DNA of 61,775 bases from positions 1 through 61,775 of the forward strand of contig JBBRUX010000024.1 in assembly GCA_038247415.1 (NCBI GenBank). The letters are read 5' to 3'. The notes below the pieces were generated by a model that saw nothing but the letters and a program-made list of their open reading frames with translations, did not search any database and was not told where the DNA came from. Below are positions 48,445 to 58,483 of this stretch, piece by piece. The DNA comes from Chitinivibrionales bacterium. GTDB lineage: Bacteria; Fibrobacterota; Chitinivibrionia; Chitinivibrionales; WJKA01. The first letter of the stretch is position 1, and each line of letters opens with the position of its first letter. The translations under genes were made by a program, and so were the position numbers.

Positions 48445-49407
48445 ATGCCTGGTTCCTTTGATTTACCTCTTTCAAAGCTTACATCCTACGAAGGTACTAA
48501 TCCACGCCCTTCAAATTTTGATGAATTTTGGGACGCACAACTTGCTAAACTTGATGCAATCGATACCACCTTAAAGCTTGTGCCTGCCCACTATACCTCT
48601 CCTCATTTTGCAGAATGTTTTGACGCATATTTTACTGGAGTTGGCGGGGCGCAAATCCACGCGCGATATGTGCGACCTAAGCATCAAAAAGGTAAAAATC
48701 CTGTAGTCATCATGTTTCATGGCTACGGTTGGCACAGTGAGGATTGGTTTTCTAAACTACCCTATGTTGCACAGGGTATGAGTGTATTTGCCATGGATTG
48801 TCGCGGCCAGGGGCCAGGATCCCAAGACTTTGGTGGAATTGTAGGCGATACGTGCACAGGGCATTTATTACGTGGGGTTATGGATGACCCAGAAAAACTG
48901 ATTTACACTTCCATATATCTCGATGCTGCTCAATTGATACGATGCACAAAAAATCTTGAAACTACCGATCTCGAAAATATTTACACAGCAGGAGTTAGCC
49001 AAGGTGGGGCACTAGCACTTGTATCGGCTTCTTTGGAACCATCGGTTGCGAAAGTCTTTACTCAATATCCGTTTCTCTGTGATTTCCAGCGCGCGTACGA
49101 AATGGATTTGCCCGACGGATGTTATTCAGATATTAAATTCTATTTCCGCAAATACGATCCGTTACATAAAGCATACGATTCTTTTTTCACGAAGCTTGGC
49201 TATATCGATACTCAATTTTTTTGCCCGCGGATACGGGCTAATGTTCTCTTTTTGGTAGGTCTTAATGATATTACCTGTCCGCCATCCACGCAGTTTGCTG
49301 CGTATAATAAAATTAGTTCGAAGAAAGAGCTGGCTGTATATCCCGATTTCGCTCATGGGGATTCATATGGGCTTCAGGATGTTGCTTTTGAGTTTTTGGC
49401 AAGCTAA
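48445..49407 (+). CDS. Acetyl xylan esterase / cephalosporin-C deacetylase (CE7)
   Basis: FDLPL, RP.NFDEFW, FHGY, DCRGQG, GVSQGG nucleophile elbow, D..CPPSTQFAAYN, late His; GGAGG RBS before ATG 48445. Confidence 0.92.
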   Translation: MPGSFDLPLSKLTSYEGTNPRPSNFDEFWDAQLAKLDAIDTTLKLVPAHYTSPHFAECFDAYFTGVGGAQIHARYVRPKHQKGKNPVVIMFHGYGWHSEDWFSKLPYVAQGMSVFAMDCRGQGPGSQDFGGIVGDTCTGHLLRGVMDDPEKLIYTSIYLDAAQLIRCTKNLETTDLENIYTAGVSQGGALALVSASLEPSVAKVFTQYPFLCDFQRAYEMDLPDGCYSDIKFYFRKYDPLHKAYDSFFTKLGYIDTQFFCPRIRANVLFLVGLNDITCPPSTQFAAYNKISSKKELAVYPDFAHGDSYGLQDVAFEFLAS

Positions 49408-49463
49408 AGATGGTTTTGTTTTAAGGATTTGTTTTTATTGATAGAATTGACAAATCGCAATTT

Positions 49464-49570
49464 GGGCGTTCCAGCTTTGCTGTGGTCCATGCCCCTTTGG
49501 TCGCCCAAAGGAAGTACCCGTAGCGCCCAGAATCAGATTGTGTAAAATTTAATAGCTGAGCGTCCCGATT
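49464..49570. repeat. Composite intergenic element, copy 3 (minimal deletion derivative)
   Basis: TTTGGGCGTTCCAGCTTTGCTG..CGCCCAAAGGAAGTA matches the left end; GTAGCGCCCAGAATCAGATT matches the right end of copies 1 and 2. Confidence 0.8.
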
Positions 49571-49607
49571 CATGATTTACAAGAGAATAATATTAAAGTT
49601 TTTCCAT

Positions 49608-50096
49608 TCAATCCAGATACACCCACAAAAGCTTGCGGCTCTTCGCATCCAGCGCCCCCGGATTATCGATAATATACTGATCGTTGCCCACATCTTTTAT
49701 CAGCACTTTTCCTCCCGGTAAGTTGCGTGGCATGTCGTGACGATTGGTGAGAAAGGTTCGTTCGCCTGAATTGGTCTGCACGTCCCAGCGGAAGAGTTCC
49801 ATTTCGTCGGTGATTGCGTCAATTGACGTTATACGAGCAAGGAACGTACGAAAAGCCATCTCTTCTTTGATAAGCACGCTTGTTGCGGGATCGAGATCGT
49901 CGAGCTTCTCTAAAAGTATGAGCTCTTTTCCTTTGTCGTCACGCAGACTGATCCACTGGTCTTGCAAACTCCATGGAAAACAGCAGGCGATTTGCAAAGC
50001 TGTTTCGACAGGTTTTTGGTCGGCGTCGAGATGCTTGAGCACAATGCGCCCATCCTCGCGGCGGTACAGGTCTGGTTTGGTAATTTTTTCTGTCAT
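49608..50096 (-). CDS. DUF1854 domain-containing protein
   Basis: CFPWS...WISLRDDKGKEL, WDVQT.SGE.TF, IKD..N.QY.I..LDAKSRKLL; ATG 50096 after AGGA. Confidence 0.8.
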   Translation of the reverse strand: MTEKITKPDLYRREDGRIVLKHLDADQKPVETALQIACCFPWSLQDQWISLRDDKGKELILLEKLDDLDPATSVLIKEEMAFRTFLARITSIDAITDEMELFRWDVQTNSGERTFLTNRHDMPRNLPGGKVLIKDVGNDQYIIDNPGALDAKSRKLLWVYLD

Positions 50097-50118
50097 CGTG
50101 GTCCTGCTTAATGGTTTC

Positions 50119-52419
50119 TCAAACTGCAATGGCCGCATGCAACTCCATCTGCGTTTTATGCAGTTTTGCGTATACTCCGTCGGGCTTTGCCAGAAGCTCC
50201 TCATGCGTCCCGTGTTCTGCAAGCTTTCCGTCTTCCATTACAAAAAGTCTATCCGCACGGCTGAGTGTTGACAAACGGTGTGCAATGGCAAACGTTGTGC
50301 GTCCTGCAACCAACCGCTGCAGAGCTTCCTGAATGCGTTTTTCGGTCTCGGTGTCGACCGAACTTGTTGCCTCGTCGAGAATGAGCAATCGCGGATTGTG
50401 CAGAATTGCGCGAGCAATACTAATGCGTTGACGTTCGCCACCTGAAAGAGATTGGCCTCTTTCACCAACAATGGTTTCGTAGCCATCGGGAAAACCGCAG
50501 ATGAATTCGTGCGCATTAGCGGCTTTTGCTGAGTCAATAATATCCCGAAGCTTGATATCATGCGAGCCATACGAGATGTTTTCTGAGATGGTGCCATGAA
50601 AGAGATACGGTTCCTGGAGTACTACGCCAATCTGCGTGCGCAGACTTGCAATATTCATGTCTCTTACGTCAATGTTATCGACTTTCACCGAACCGTCTTT
50701 AATATCATAAAAACGACATATTAGGTTGACTAGCGTAGTTTTGCCACCCCCCGACGGCCCTACAAGGCCGATCATCTCTCCGGGACGAACATCAAAGGAA
50801 ACGCCTTTGAGAACATTACGCACACCGTCGTAGGAGAATGTTACATTGTCGAACTGAACATGGCCCTTAATTGAGGGAATGGTGATGGCCGTGGGTTTAT
50901 TGACAATGCTTGGGACGGTGTCCATCACTTCAAACACGCGTGATGCAGAGGTGGTTACCCGATTGATCGTACGGCTCATCATGCCAAGCTGCTGAACCGG
51001 GCCCCAGAACATCCACATATATCCCGTAAATGCGATAAATACGCCAAGGGGAATTCCTTTTTGTCCGCCGCTCGTGATATACTCGAGCACTTGCGGTGCG
51101 CCCACAATCCATACAATTAAGGAACACGTGTGCATGAGCATCACAACGCTCGGCCAGAATTTGGTCCAGTTTTTGTGGAGCTCAATAGCCTCAGCCTCAA
51201 TGGCTGCATTTTTCTCTTTAAAGCGCGCCACTTCATGATCTTCCTGTGCAAATGCCTTGACAACACGGATCCCTGGGATTACATCCGATAGTACTCCGGT
51301 CATCGACGACCACTTGCGCCAAATGCGTAAAAACAGCACTTGAATGTCGCGGCCGTGAATGTAAAACATGAGCGTCATAATGGGCAGAGGAATTATCACT
51401 AAAATTGCCAAAGACCACTTTTGCGCAAATAGGGCAATGGTTACACCAATAATCTGTATGATCGACATGGCGATATCCATTACCCCGAAGGTGACAAAAT
51501 CCCATAACCGGTCGGTATCACTAGACACACGGGTAATAAGTGAGCCGGTTGACCGAGAGCCAAAAAACGACAAGCTGAGTTTCTGCATGTGCGTATACAC
51601 ATCTTCGCGCAGTTTCATGGCAATTTTCTCGCCTGCAATAGACATGGTGCGCAGCCGAATAAACGACATCAACTCGCCCAAGCCCCACACGCAGGCAAGC
51701 CCTCCAATGATGTATGCCAGCATTACAGGTGTATGTGTGGAACCATTTTTTGTAACAGAGGGAATAACGTTGTCTACCAAAAGCCGTGTGAGATAGGGCG
51801 GTAGCAGTTGCAATAGCGTGGTGAGCGTTGATAGGACAAACGCAATAATCACGACCTTCTTGTGTGGCTTCATGTAGGAGAGCAGTCGAAGCATCACACC
51901 CATTTTGGGCATGGAAAGCGTAGCCTTAGAATCCTTGACAGATTTGAAAACAGCCTCCTGATACTCGGCTGCAGCATCGAGGTCTTTGGCTAAATCCGCC
52001 ACCGAACCAGGTTCCTTGAGCCGTTTGCGCATCTGCTCTGCGGCAAACTGGAGATTTCCCACAGCGCGACTCTGACGGCGTGTGTAATAAAAAGAAATAA
52101 GCAATGTGCTTTGGGTGCTCACCAGATTGAGGCGCGAGTTTGAAAGACCCTCGAGAAGCTCATATTTTTCTATGTCAAGCAACGGGAACGACCGCACATT
52201 CCAGGAACCATCGAGAGCAGATCCGTTGGGTTCTGCAAGTGCTATGTATTTGTCGGTAAGAATGGCCCACGAAACAGTAAACGCCATACGTGCATTTAGA
52301 TCGAGCGCAGCGTACAAACGGATGGATTCCCCCGGCACTGCCGAAGAAACCGCACGGGTAACTTCATCGGGGATACTATCTGGTTGACGAAAGTAGGTCT
52401 TAAAGAGTTCTGATTTCAT
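50119..52419 (-). CDS. ABC exporter (fused TMD+NBD) with extra N-terminal domain
   Basis: GPSGGGKTT, LSGGERQR, ILDEATSSVD, IAHRLST; about 170-aa soluble N-terminal extension before the TM helices. Confidence 0.92.
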   Translation of the reverse strand: MKSELFKTYFRQPDSIPDEVTRAVSSAVPGESIRLYAALDLNARMAFTVSWAILTDKYIALAEPNGSALDGSWNVRSFPLLDIEKYELLEGLSNSRLNLVSTQSTLLISFYYTRRQSRAVGNLQFAAEQMRKRLKEPGSVADLAKDLDAAAEYQEAVFKSVKDSKATLSMPKMGVMLRLLSYMKPHKKVVIIAFVLSTLTTLLQLLPPYLTRLLVDNVIPSVTKNGSTHTPVMLAYIIGGLACVWGLGELMSFIRLRTMSIAGEKIAMKLREDVYTHMQKLSLSFFGSRSTGSLITRVSSDTDRLWDFVTFGVMDIAMSIIQIIGVTIALFAQKWSLAILVIIPLPIMTLMFYIHGRDIQVLFLRIWRKWSSMTGVLSDVIPGIRVVKAFAQEDHEVARFKEKNAAIEAEAIELHKNWTKFWPSVVMLMHTCSLIVWIVGAPQVLEYITSGGQKGIPLGVFIAFTGYMWMFWGPVQQLGMMSRTINRVTTSASRVFEVMDTVPSIVNKPTAITIPSIKGHVQFDNVTFSYDGVRNVLKGVSFDVRPGEMIGLVGPSGGGKTTLVNLICRFYDIKDGSVKVDNIDVRDMNIASLRTQIGVVLQEPYLFHGTISENISYGSHDIKLRDIIDSAKAANAHEFICGFPDGYETIVGERGQSLSGGERQRISIARAILHNPRLLILDEATSSVDTETEKRIQEALQRLVAGRTTFAIAHRLSTLSRADRLFVMEDGKLAEHGTHEELLAKPDGVYAKLHKTQMELHAAIAV

Positions 52420-52588
52420 GGATACTACCGGAGTAAGAAGTGGTCTGCGTTTAAGAGCTTCAAGAAATTATCATTTTTTATGTGTCAAATCAAGTAACAT
52501 TGGCTAATTGTTCCACATCCGTGCGGATTGAGGGCTTAATGTATTTTATAAAAAGCCTGATTTATTCATTCCACAAGGGATTTTTTTT

Positions 52589-53293
52589 ATGGCCCCAGCC
52601 GATACTGTTATTAAACTTTCCGAAGTTCGAAAAGAATATATGCTTGGCACAACGCTTGTTGAGGCCCTGCGAGGTGTATCCCTCGAAGTAAAACGAGGCG
52701 AGTTTTTAGCAGTTGCAGGCCCATCGGGCTCCGGAAAAAGCACCATACTCAATATGATAGGTTGTATCGACACACCAACTGCAGGCACCATAATTATAAA
52801 TGGAAAAGAAGTTGAGCACCTCTCCGATCGCGACCTTACCCGATATCGCCGAGTTACGGTTAGTTTTATATTTCAATCGTTCAATTTAATACCTGTTCTC
52901 AATGTTTACGAAAACATCGAATTGCCCCTCCTTTTGCAAAAGGTAGGTTCTCAAACTGAACGTCACGAACGGGTAATGCACTTTATCAACGAAGTCGGTT
53001 TATCGGATCGAATCAAAAATAAACCAACAGAACTTTCAGGCGGTCAGCGTCAGCGTGTTGCCATTGCACGTGCACTCGTAACGCGTCCAGTCATGGTGCT
53101 AGCCGATGAGCCCACCGCCAACCTCGATTCTGCAACTGGCGGCAAAATTCTCGACCTTATGCAAAAAATTAATGCTGCCGAAGGTACCACCTTTGTTTTT
53201 TCTACCCACGACACACACATCATGGATCATGCTCAAAGAATCGTGCATATTTTAGATGGACTCATTGTCAGTGACGAAAAAAAGGCCGGGTAA
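52589..53293 (+). CDS. ABC transporter ATP-binding protein (LolD/MacB-like)
   Basis: GPSGSGKST, FQSFNLIP, LSGGQRQRVAIARAL, LADEPTANLD. Confidence 0.95.
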   Translation: MAPADTVIKLSEVRKEYMLGTTLVEALRGVSLEVKRGEFLAVAGPSGSGKSTILNMIGCIDTPTAGTIIINGKEVEHLSDRDLTRYRRVTVSFIFQSFNLIPVLNVYENIELPLLLQKVGSQTERHERVMHFINEVGLSDRIKNKPTELSGGQRQRVAIARALVTRPVMVLADEPTANLDSATGGKILDLMQKINAAEGTTFVFSTHDTHIMDHAQRIVHILDGLIVSDEKKAG

Positions 53294-53297
53294 CACC

Positions 53298-54701
53298 ATG
53301 GTCACGCTCAAAATTGCCCTCCGGTCTCTTTTGCGTCGGAAAGTTCGCATGGTTCTTATTGGACTCCTTGTCTTTTTAGGAACCATGCTTATTGTCATGG
53401 GAGAAACATTTTCTCTCTCAACAAGTTTTTCTTCCAAAAAATCCATCATAGACAACTTTACCGGGGACGTTATCCTCTACTCGTCCAAGGCCAAAGAAAA
53501 GCCTACTCCTTTTGCCTTTAATTCCCCATTGCCAGTTATAGGCAATTCGGGCCACATCGAAGCGTGGCTCGATAGTAATGGCCTCTGTGTTTCTCATGTT
53601 GCAATTGCACAAAATTATGGGATGATGTCAATTGATAAGAATGGAAAAAAAACCGATGTCCCTTTTATTTTTTATGCGGTTGACCCGGTAAAATATTATG
53701 CGACGTTCAAAAATGTTTCGATGCAATCGGGTACCTTTTATAACTCGCTGGGCACCGGGATTCAAGAAGGTGTGGTGCTGAGTGTTCTGCAGCAGCAAAC
53801 ATACAAAAAAAATTATGCTGTTGATCTTAATGAAGGTGATGCCGTTACACTCTTAAGTATTGGAGATGCAGGATCTGTTAACGCGCAACCGTCACGCATT
53901 GTAGGTATTTACAAACCTAAGTATTATTCGAATGTCTTTAATTATATCAATTTTCTCGACATTACAAGCTATTCCCGTTTGTATAATTTTACCGGAGTAG
54001 ATTCTGCCTCCTTACCTGCATCTGTTAATAATGCCCTCGCACAGCAAACAGACGATGATATTTTCGGTCTTGCCGGAAACACGTCGAGCATGGTTGAAAC
54101 GAGCTCTCTTGTCAGTAAAGAATTAAGCGGATATACTACCATTGCAGTCAAGCTCAAAGAAGGCGTTTCTGGCACACTTTTTCGTAAAAGGATTGCCCAG
54201 ATGGGGTTTGATGTCAAGTGTGCCACATGGGAGGAATCTGCTGGTTTTTTTGCGTATATCGGGAGCCTTATCTCTGGAGTTATCTATGGCGCAACCATTT
54301 TAATTTTTATAATTGTGATTTTCATTCTCATGAATACCCTCATAATAAATGTATTGGAGCGAACAGGGGAAATTGGAACCCTGCGGGCAATGGGGGCCGA
54401 AAAGGGCTTTGTACGCTTGATTTTTCTCTGGGAATCATTTCTGCTTAATGGTATTGCATCTTTTGCCGGAATGTTTGCAAGTTTTGTACTCATTGCTATT
54501 ATTGCAGCGGGTAAAGGCGTTATACTTCCCGATGTAGTACAGCAATACCTAACCGGCGGAGCACCTCTTAAGCTCATTCTGTCGATAAGGCCCTTTGCCG
54601 AAGCGATTGGTCTGGTTGGGCTTGTATCTGTTTTAGCTACCGTTTACCCGGTTCGTGTTGCAACTAAAATCACTCCACTCAAGGCAATGTCAGACAAATA
54701 A
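53298..54701 (+). CDS. FtsX/MacB-like ABC permease
   Basis: IALRSLLRRK, large periplasmic domain, VLERTGEIGTLRAMG. Confidence 0.9.
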   Translation: MVTLKIALRSLLRRKVRMVLIGLLVFLGTMLIVMGETFSLSTSFSSKKSIIDNFTGDVILYSSKAKEKPTPFAFNSPLPVIGNSGHIEAWLDSNGLCVSHVAIAQNYGMMSIDKNGKKTDVPFIFYAVDPVKYYATFKNVSMQSGTFYNSLGTGIQEGVVLSVLQQQTYKKNYAVDLNEGDAVTLLSIGDAGSVNAQPSRIVGIYKPKYYSNVFNYINFLDITSYSRLYNFTGVDSASLPASVNNALAQQTDDDIFGLAGNTSSMVETSSLVSKELSGYTTIAVKLKEGVSGTLFRKRIAQMGFDVKCATWEESAGFFAYIGSLISGVIYGATILIFIIVIFILMNTLIINVLERTGEIGTLRAMGAEKGFVRLIFLWESFLLNGIASFAGMFASFVLIAIIAAGKGVILPDVVQQYLTGGAPLKLILSIRPFAEAIGLVGLVSVLATVYPVRVATKITPLKAMSDK

Positions 54702-54709
54702 GGAAAATT

Positions 54710-56032
54710 ATGCCCTATTACATTGGACTGGCGTTTAAAAATATTTTCAGGGATCCCCGCAGAAGCTTTACGCTGGGTGTCAACTATTTTTTTGTGGCAA
54801 TGCTTCTGGCACTCGTATTTTCTTTGAGTGGAGGCCTTAAAAAGAATATTGTTGACACCATTATATCGTCAACCGCTGGCCATATTACGATTTCTGGCGA
54901 AACTATAACTAAAGGCAAAACGCTGCCGGGTATACGTTTATACCACGACATCAAACAGGCTATTATCGAATCGTATCCCGGCGCTGCAGTGTATCCTCGG
55001 TATACCATTAATTCTGCAGTGTATTACAAAAATCAGACCAAACGCTTATCGTTTACGGGAATTCAATCTAATCAAGATGTGCTTTTAAGAAACCAGATTA
55101 CTATTACCGATGGATCATGGGAATCTTTTAGCGAATCGGCATCTGCTGTTATTTTCCCAAAAGCTGTTGCCGATTTTTTTGGATTACAAAAAGGCGACGA
55201 AATTTTACTTGCAAACAGGAGTAGGGCAGGAGCTTTTAATACCGCAACGGTTACTGTCGCAGGAATTTATACAACGGGGAATTATTTTTTACGCCAACAA
55301 GTCCTATCTCATTTCGAATTTTTGCAATCTCTGGATCTCGCAGATTCAACAAGTACCACAAGGCTTTTTGTTTTTTTCCCTAAGCTTGTGGACATTGCAG
55401 CTAAGCGCGATATCCTGGTAAAAAAGCTTGTTGCAGACGGTTTTTATGCACAAAAGCCAGCCACAACAACCGATGCCATTAATGCTGTGGCTGCTGCATC
55501 GCCTCGCTATAAAATACTTCCCGATAGTATCAGTCAAATTCGATTGACACTTTCAACAGCCGATGAAGTTACAGGAATTGTTTCTGCTGCTGTTGGGGCT
55601 GTTAATGGCTTAGGATTATTTGTTGCAGCTATCATGCTTTTTATTATTTCTATTTCGATATTTATCAATATGCGTATGACCATTAACGACCGCATGCAGG
55701 AAATTGGGACGCTGCGGGCGATTGGGTCCGAACAAGGCGATATTGTTGCGCTCTTTGTTTTTGAAAATGTTTTCCTTTCTTTACTTTTTGTAACTCTTGG
55801 CATACTTGGTGCTTTTGGTATAATGGGAATTATAGGAACGTTTCTCGTGTTACCCTCCGATGGTTTTCTTGGATTGTTTTTATCGAATGGACACATTGTC
55901 TTTGTTGTTCAACCACTGGCAATCCTTTTTATTTTTGTAACGTTGCTTTTGTTTACAGCATTGTTTTCTCTGTTTCCAGCTCGATACGGCGGGAAAATTC
56001 CCCCTGTTGTAGCTCTCAATAAAACTGCTTAA
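54710..56032 (+). CDS. FtsX/MacB-like ABC permease
   Basis: LAFKNIFR, DRMQEIGTLRAIG, PARYGGKIPPV.AL. Confidence 0.9.
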   Translation: MPYYIGLAFKNIFRDPRRSFTLGVNYFFVAMLLALVFSLSGGLKKNIVDTIISSTAGHITISGETITKGKTLPGIRLYHDIKQAIIESYPGAAVYPRYTINSAVYYKNQTKRLSFTGIQSNQDVLLRNQITITDGSWESFSESASAVIFPKAVADFFGLQKGDEILLANRSRAGAFNTATVTVAGIYTTGNYFLRQQVLSHFEFLQSLDLADSTSTTRLFVFFPKLVDIAAKRDILVKKLVADGFYAQKPATTTDAINAVAAASPRYKILPDSISQIRLTLSTADEVTGIVSAAVGAVNGLGLFVAAIMLFIISISIFINMRMTINDRMQEIGTLRAIGSEQGDIVALFVFENVFLSLLFVTLGILGAFGIMGIIGTFLVLPSDGFLGLFLSNGHIVFVVQPLAILFIFVTLLLFTALFSLFPARYGGKIPPVVALNKTA

Positions 56033-56045
56033 GGAGATAAATCGT

Positions 56046-56807
56046 ATGATCCGTAGTACTCTTTTAATTGTAATAGTTGGCTTTTTATGTAGCCTACAAG
56101 CTCAGATAAAGCCAAACGATCCTGTGGCAGAAAAAATTATTGTGGCCATGCAGAACAAACTCAATCTCGAAGGTACCGACGCGACAAGCACCTTTACACT
56201 TATTCAGCGCAAAGAAGGTGAAACAGACCGCGTTCTCAAAGTTCGTGTTTTCCGACGCGATGCGTCGCAAAAATTCACTCTTATTTTTCAATTCCCCGAG
56301 AGTGAAAAAGGCAAAGGATATTATCGTGATGGAGATAACCTTTATTTATATCTTCCCTCAACGCGCGAATTCGTATTTCGCAATCGTAAAGATGATGTTG
56401 GTTCCACCGATGTTCGCACCGATTTGTTTGGGAAACTCGATCTTCTTAAACAATACACCGTTGCCAATGGGGGAGCTGTAACGATTTCTAAATTTGACTG
56501 CGATCGCATCGATTTAACAGCCAAAGCATTGGATGTTTCGTTTCCCATTCAAAAATGGTACATTAGGAAATCTGACGGGCTGCCTGTTAAGGTCGAGAAT
56601 TATTCTGCATCAAAAACCTTGCTTCGGACATTTTTCTACATCGACTACAAAGAAATCAAGCCTGCAAAGTTTCTTTTTACAAAACTTATGGCAGTTAACA
56701 ACCTCGAAAAAAATCAAAAAACATTTTTAACCAACGACGACATCAACGGAAATGCTATCCCCGACTATACTTTTTCGCAAGCATATCTGGAGGAGCAGTC
56801 ACGTTAA
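56046..56807 (+). CDS. Outer-membrane lipoprotein-sorting (LolA-like) protein
   Basis: Signal peptide; F..PESEKGKGY, LYLYLPS, GSTD and C-terminal IPDYTFS..YL. Confidence 0.78.
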   Translation: MIRSTLLIVIVGFLCSLQAQIKPNDPVAEKIIVAMQNKLNLEGTDATSTFTLIQRKEGETDRVLKVRVFRRDASQKFTLIFQFPESEKGKGYYRDGDNLYLYLPSTREFVFRNRKDDVGSTDVRTDLFGKLDLLKQYTVANGGAVTISKFDCDRIDLTAKALDVSFPIQKWYIRKSDGLPVKVENYSASKTLLRTFFYIDYKEIKPAKFLFTKLMAVNNLEKNQKTFLTNDDINGNAIPDYTFSQAYLEEQSR

Positions 56808-56826
56808 CAAAAGCTAAAGGAATACC

Positions 56827-58065
56827 ATGATTCGCCTTTTTTTTCTTGCAGTTATTATGTCCTGCGTTGCTGTGTTTTCTCAACCATCACCCGCAGATGA
56901 CCCCTTTGATACATTGGCATTTGATGCGTCTGTCGCATCTTCAACGCAAATCGACAAAAAAAATCAGTTGGAATATTTGCCAGGATTATTTTTTGTTGGC
57001 GAGGGGACTCTGGGTTCCAGCACAGATAACGGCAATTATGGCGCCGATGCGCGCATGTACGGAAAAGCCTATCTCAAAGCATCAAAGGCAGATATCGGCG
57101 CACTGTATGTTGGATTCAACTTTAATTATTTCCTCTTTGCAGCCGCCGATAACGATTACTATAAGCAGTTTTACAGAGTACAATCTCCCAATCCCAAAAA
57201 GATATATTCTTCTTTGTCGGAACTGCATTTTTCGTTTGACATCAAAAAAGCCGTATTTATTCGAGTTGGTTCGCAACTTATCAGGTGGGGATCTACCTAT
57301 TTTTGGTCTCCCGAAGATTTCATAAATCTGCAAAAGTCTGTTTCTGCCAGTATGAGTGTTGTTGATTCCCGATCTGGTAAGCCAGGCATACGGGTTCATG
57401 TGCCGGTTGGTAGCAGTAATCTCTTTTTATTTACCGATTTCTCGTCGCTTGTTACGAACGGCACCCCAGCCGCATTAGAAGATTCTGTTGGTTTTGCCTT
57501 TAGACTCGATGGCACTAAAAGCGGCATCAATTTTGGCGCAGTTGGCTATATGCACAAAAATCGGCCAATCCAACTTGGTTTTGATGCAACCGGCGCCTTT
57601 GTAGGAGCTGATCTCTATTCTGAACTTGCGCTTACTTTACCAATTGACGAGTCGGCCCAAACCAATTGCGCCATCAGTGCGGGTGGCGCACGCTCATTTG
57701 GTCAAGAAAAAACAAATACGCTTCGACTAGAAGCATATTACAATGCGCGCGGGTTTGGAGATGCTGCATTTTCATCGTATACACGAGGAACCTTCACTCC
57801 GCTTTATTCTGGGCGTTGGTATGGATATGCCGAAGTGGCTACCACCAAATTAGTTTCGTCTCGTTTGGGCGGCTCTTGGTCTGCATATGCAAACCTTGTT
57901 GATGGCTCGTATGCCACAACAGTGCAATGCAATGTTGATATCCCTGGAGTTGTTCCCTTTAGCGTGTATGGCAAATACTTTGGTGGAAAACATGACAGGG
58001 AACTAACATCGCTTTACAATGGGCCATCGCTTTTGGGTGGATTACGTATCGTAGCCGAATTTTAA
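56827..58065 (+). CDS. Probable outer-membrane beta-barrel protein
   Basis: Signal peptide, RVG.Q.I.WG..FWSP.DFIN motif, amphipathic strands, terminal Phe (LRIVAEF). Confidence 0.7.
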   Translation: MIRLFFLAVIMSCVAVFSQPSPADDPFDTLAFDASVASSTQIDKKNQLEYLPGLFFVGEGTLGSSTDNGNYGADARMYGKAYLKASKADIGALYVGFNFNYFLFAAADNDYYKQFYRVQSPNPKKIYSSLSELHFSFDIKKAVFIRVGSQLIRWGSTYFWSPEDFINLQKSVSASMSVVDSRSGKPGIRVHVPVGSSNLFLFTDFSSLVTNGTPAALEDSVGFAFRLDGTKSGINFGAVGYMHKNRPIQLGFDATGAFVGADLYSELALTLPIDESAQTNCAISAGGARSFGQEKTNTLRLEAYYNARGFGDAAFSSYTRGTFTPLYSGRWYGYAEVATTKLVSSRLGGSWSAYANLVDGSYATTVQCNVDIPGVVPFSVYGKYFGGKHDRELTSLYNGPSLLGGLRIVAEF

Positions 58066-58098
58066 CATGCAATTAATTGCTCTACAAAGGATATAAAA

Positions 58099-58377
58099 AT
58101 GCCAGAAACTCGCATTAAATACAAACCAGACTCTGTATGTGCTCGAGAAATCTCGTTTATTATTCGCGATAATGCTGTCCATGATATTCAGTTCGAAGGC
58201 GGCTGCAGTGGCAATAGTAAAGGCTTGTCGCGCATTTTAGAGGGAATGCCCGTAGAAGATATTACTAAAAGGCTCTCAGGTGTTACATGCGGTCATAAAA
58301 AAACTTCCTGTCCCGACCAACTTGCTAAGGCATTGTTGCTGCATGGGAAAGGGGAGAAGGGCAAGAAGAAAAAGTAG
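58099..58377 (+). CDS. TIGR03905-like TSCPD-domain protein
   Basis: VCAREI, F.GGCSGN..G, L.GV.CG.K.TSCPDQLAKAL. Confidence 0.88.
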   Translation: MPETRIKYKPDSVCAREISFIIRDNAVHDIQFEGGCSGNSKGLSRILEGMPVEDITKRLSGVTCGHKKTSCPDQLAKALLLHGKGEKGKKKK

Positions 58378-58483
58378 TATTGTTTATTGTGAATACCTAC
58401 TGATCCAGTTCAAAATACTCTGCACTCCAACAACGAAAACTCGAATCATGGTGCGTAAACTTTGAAGTAGAAACGGAGGTGAA

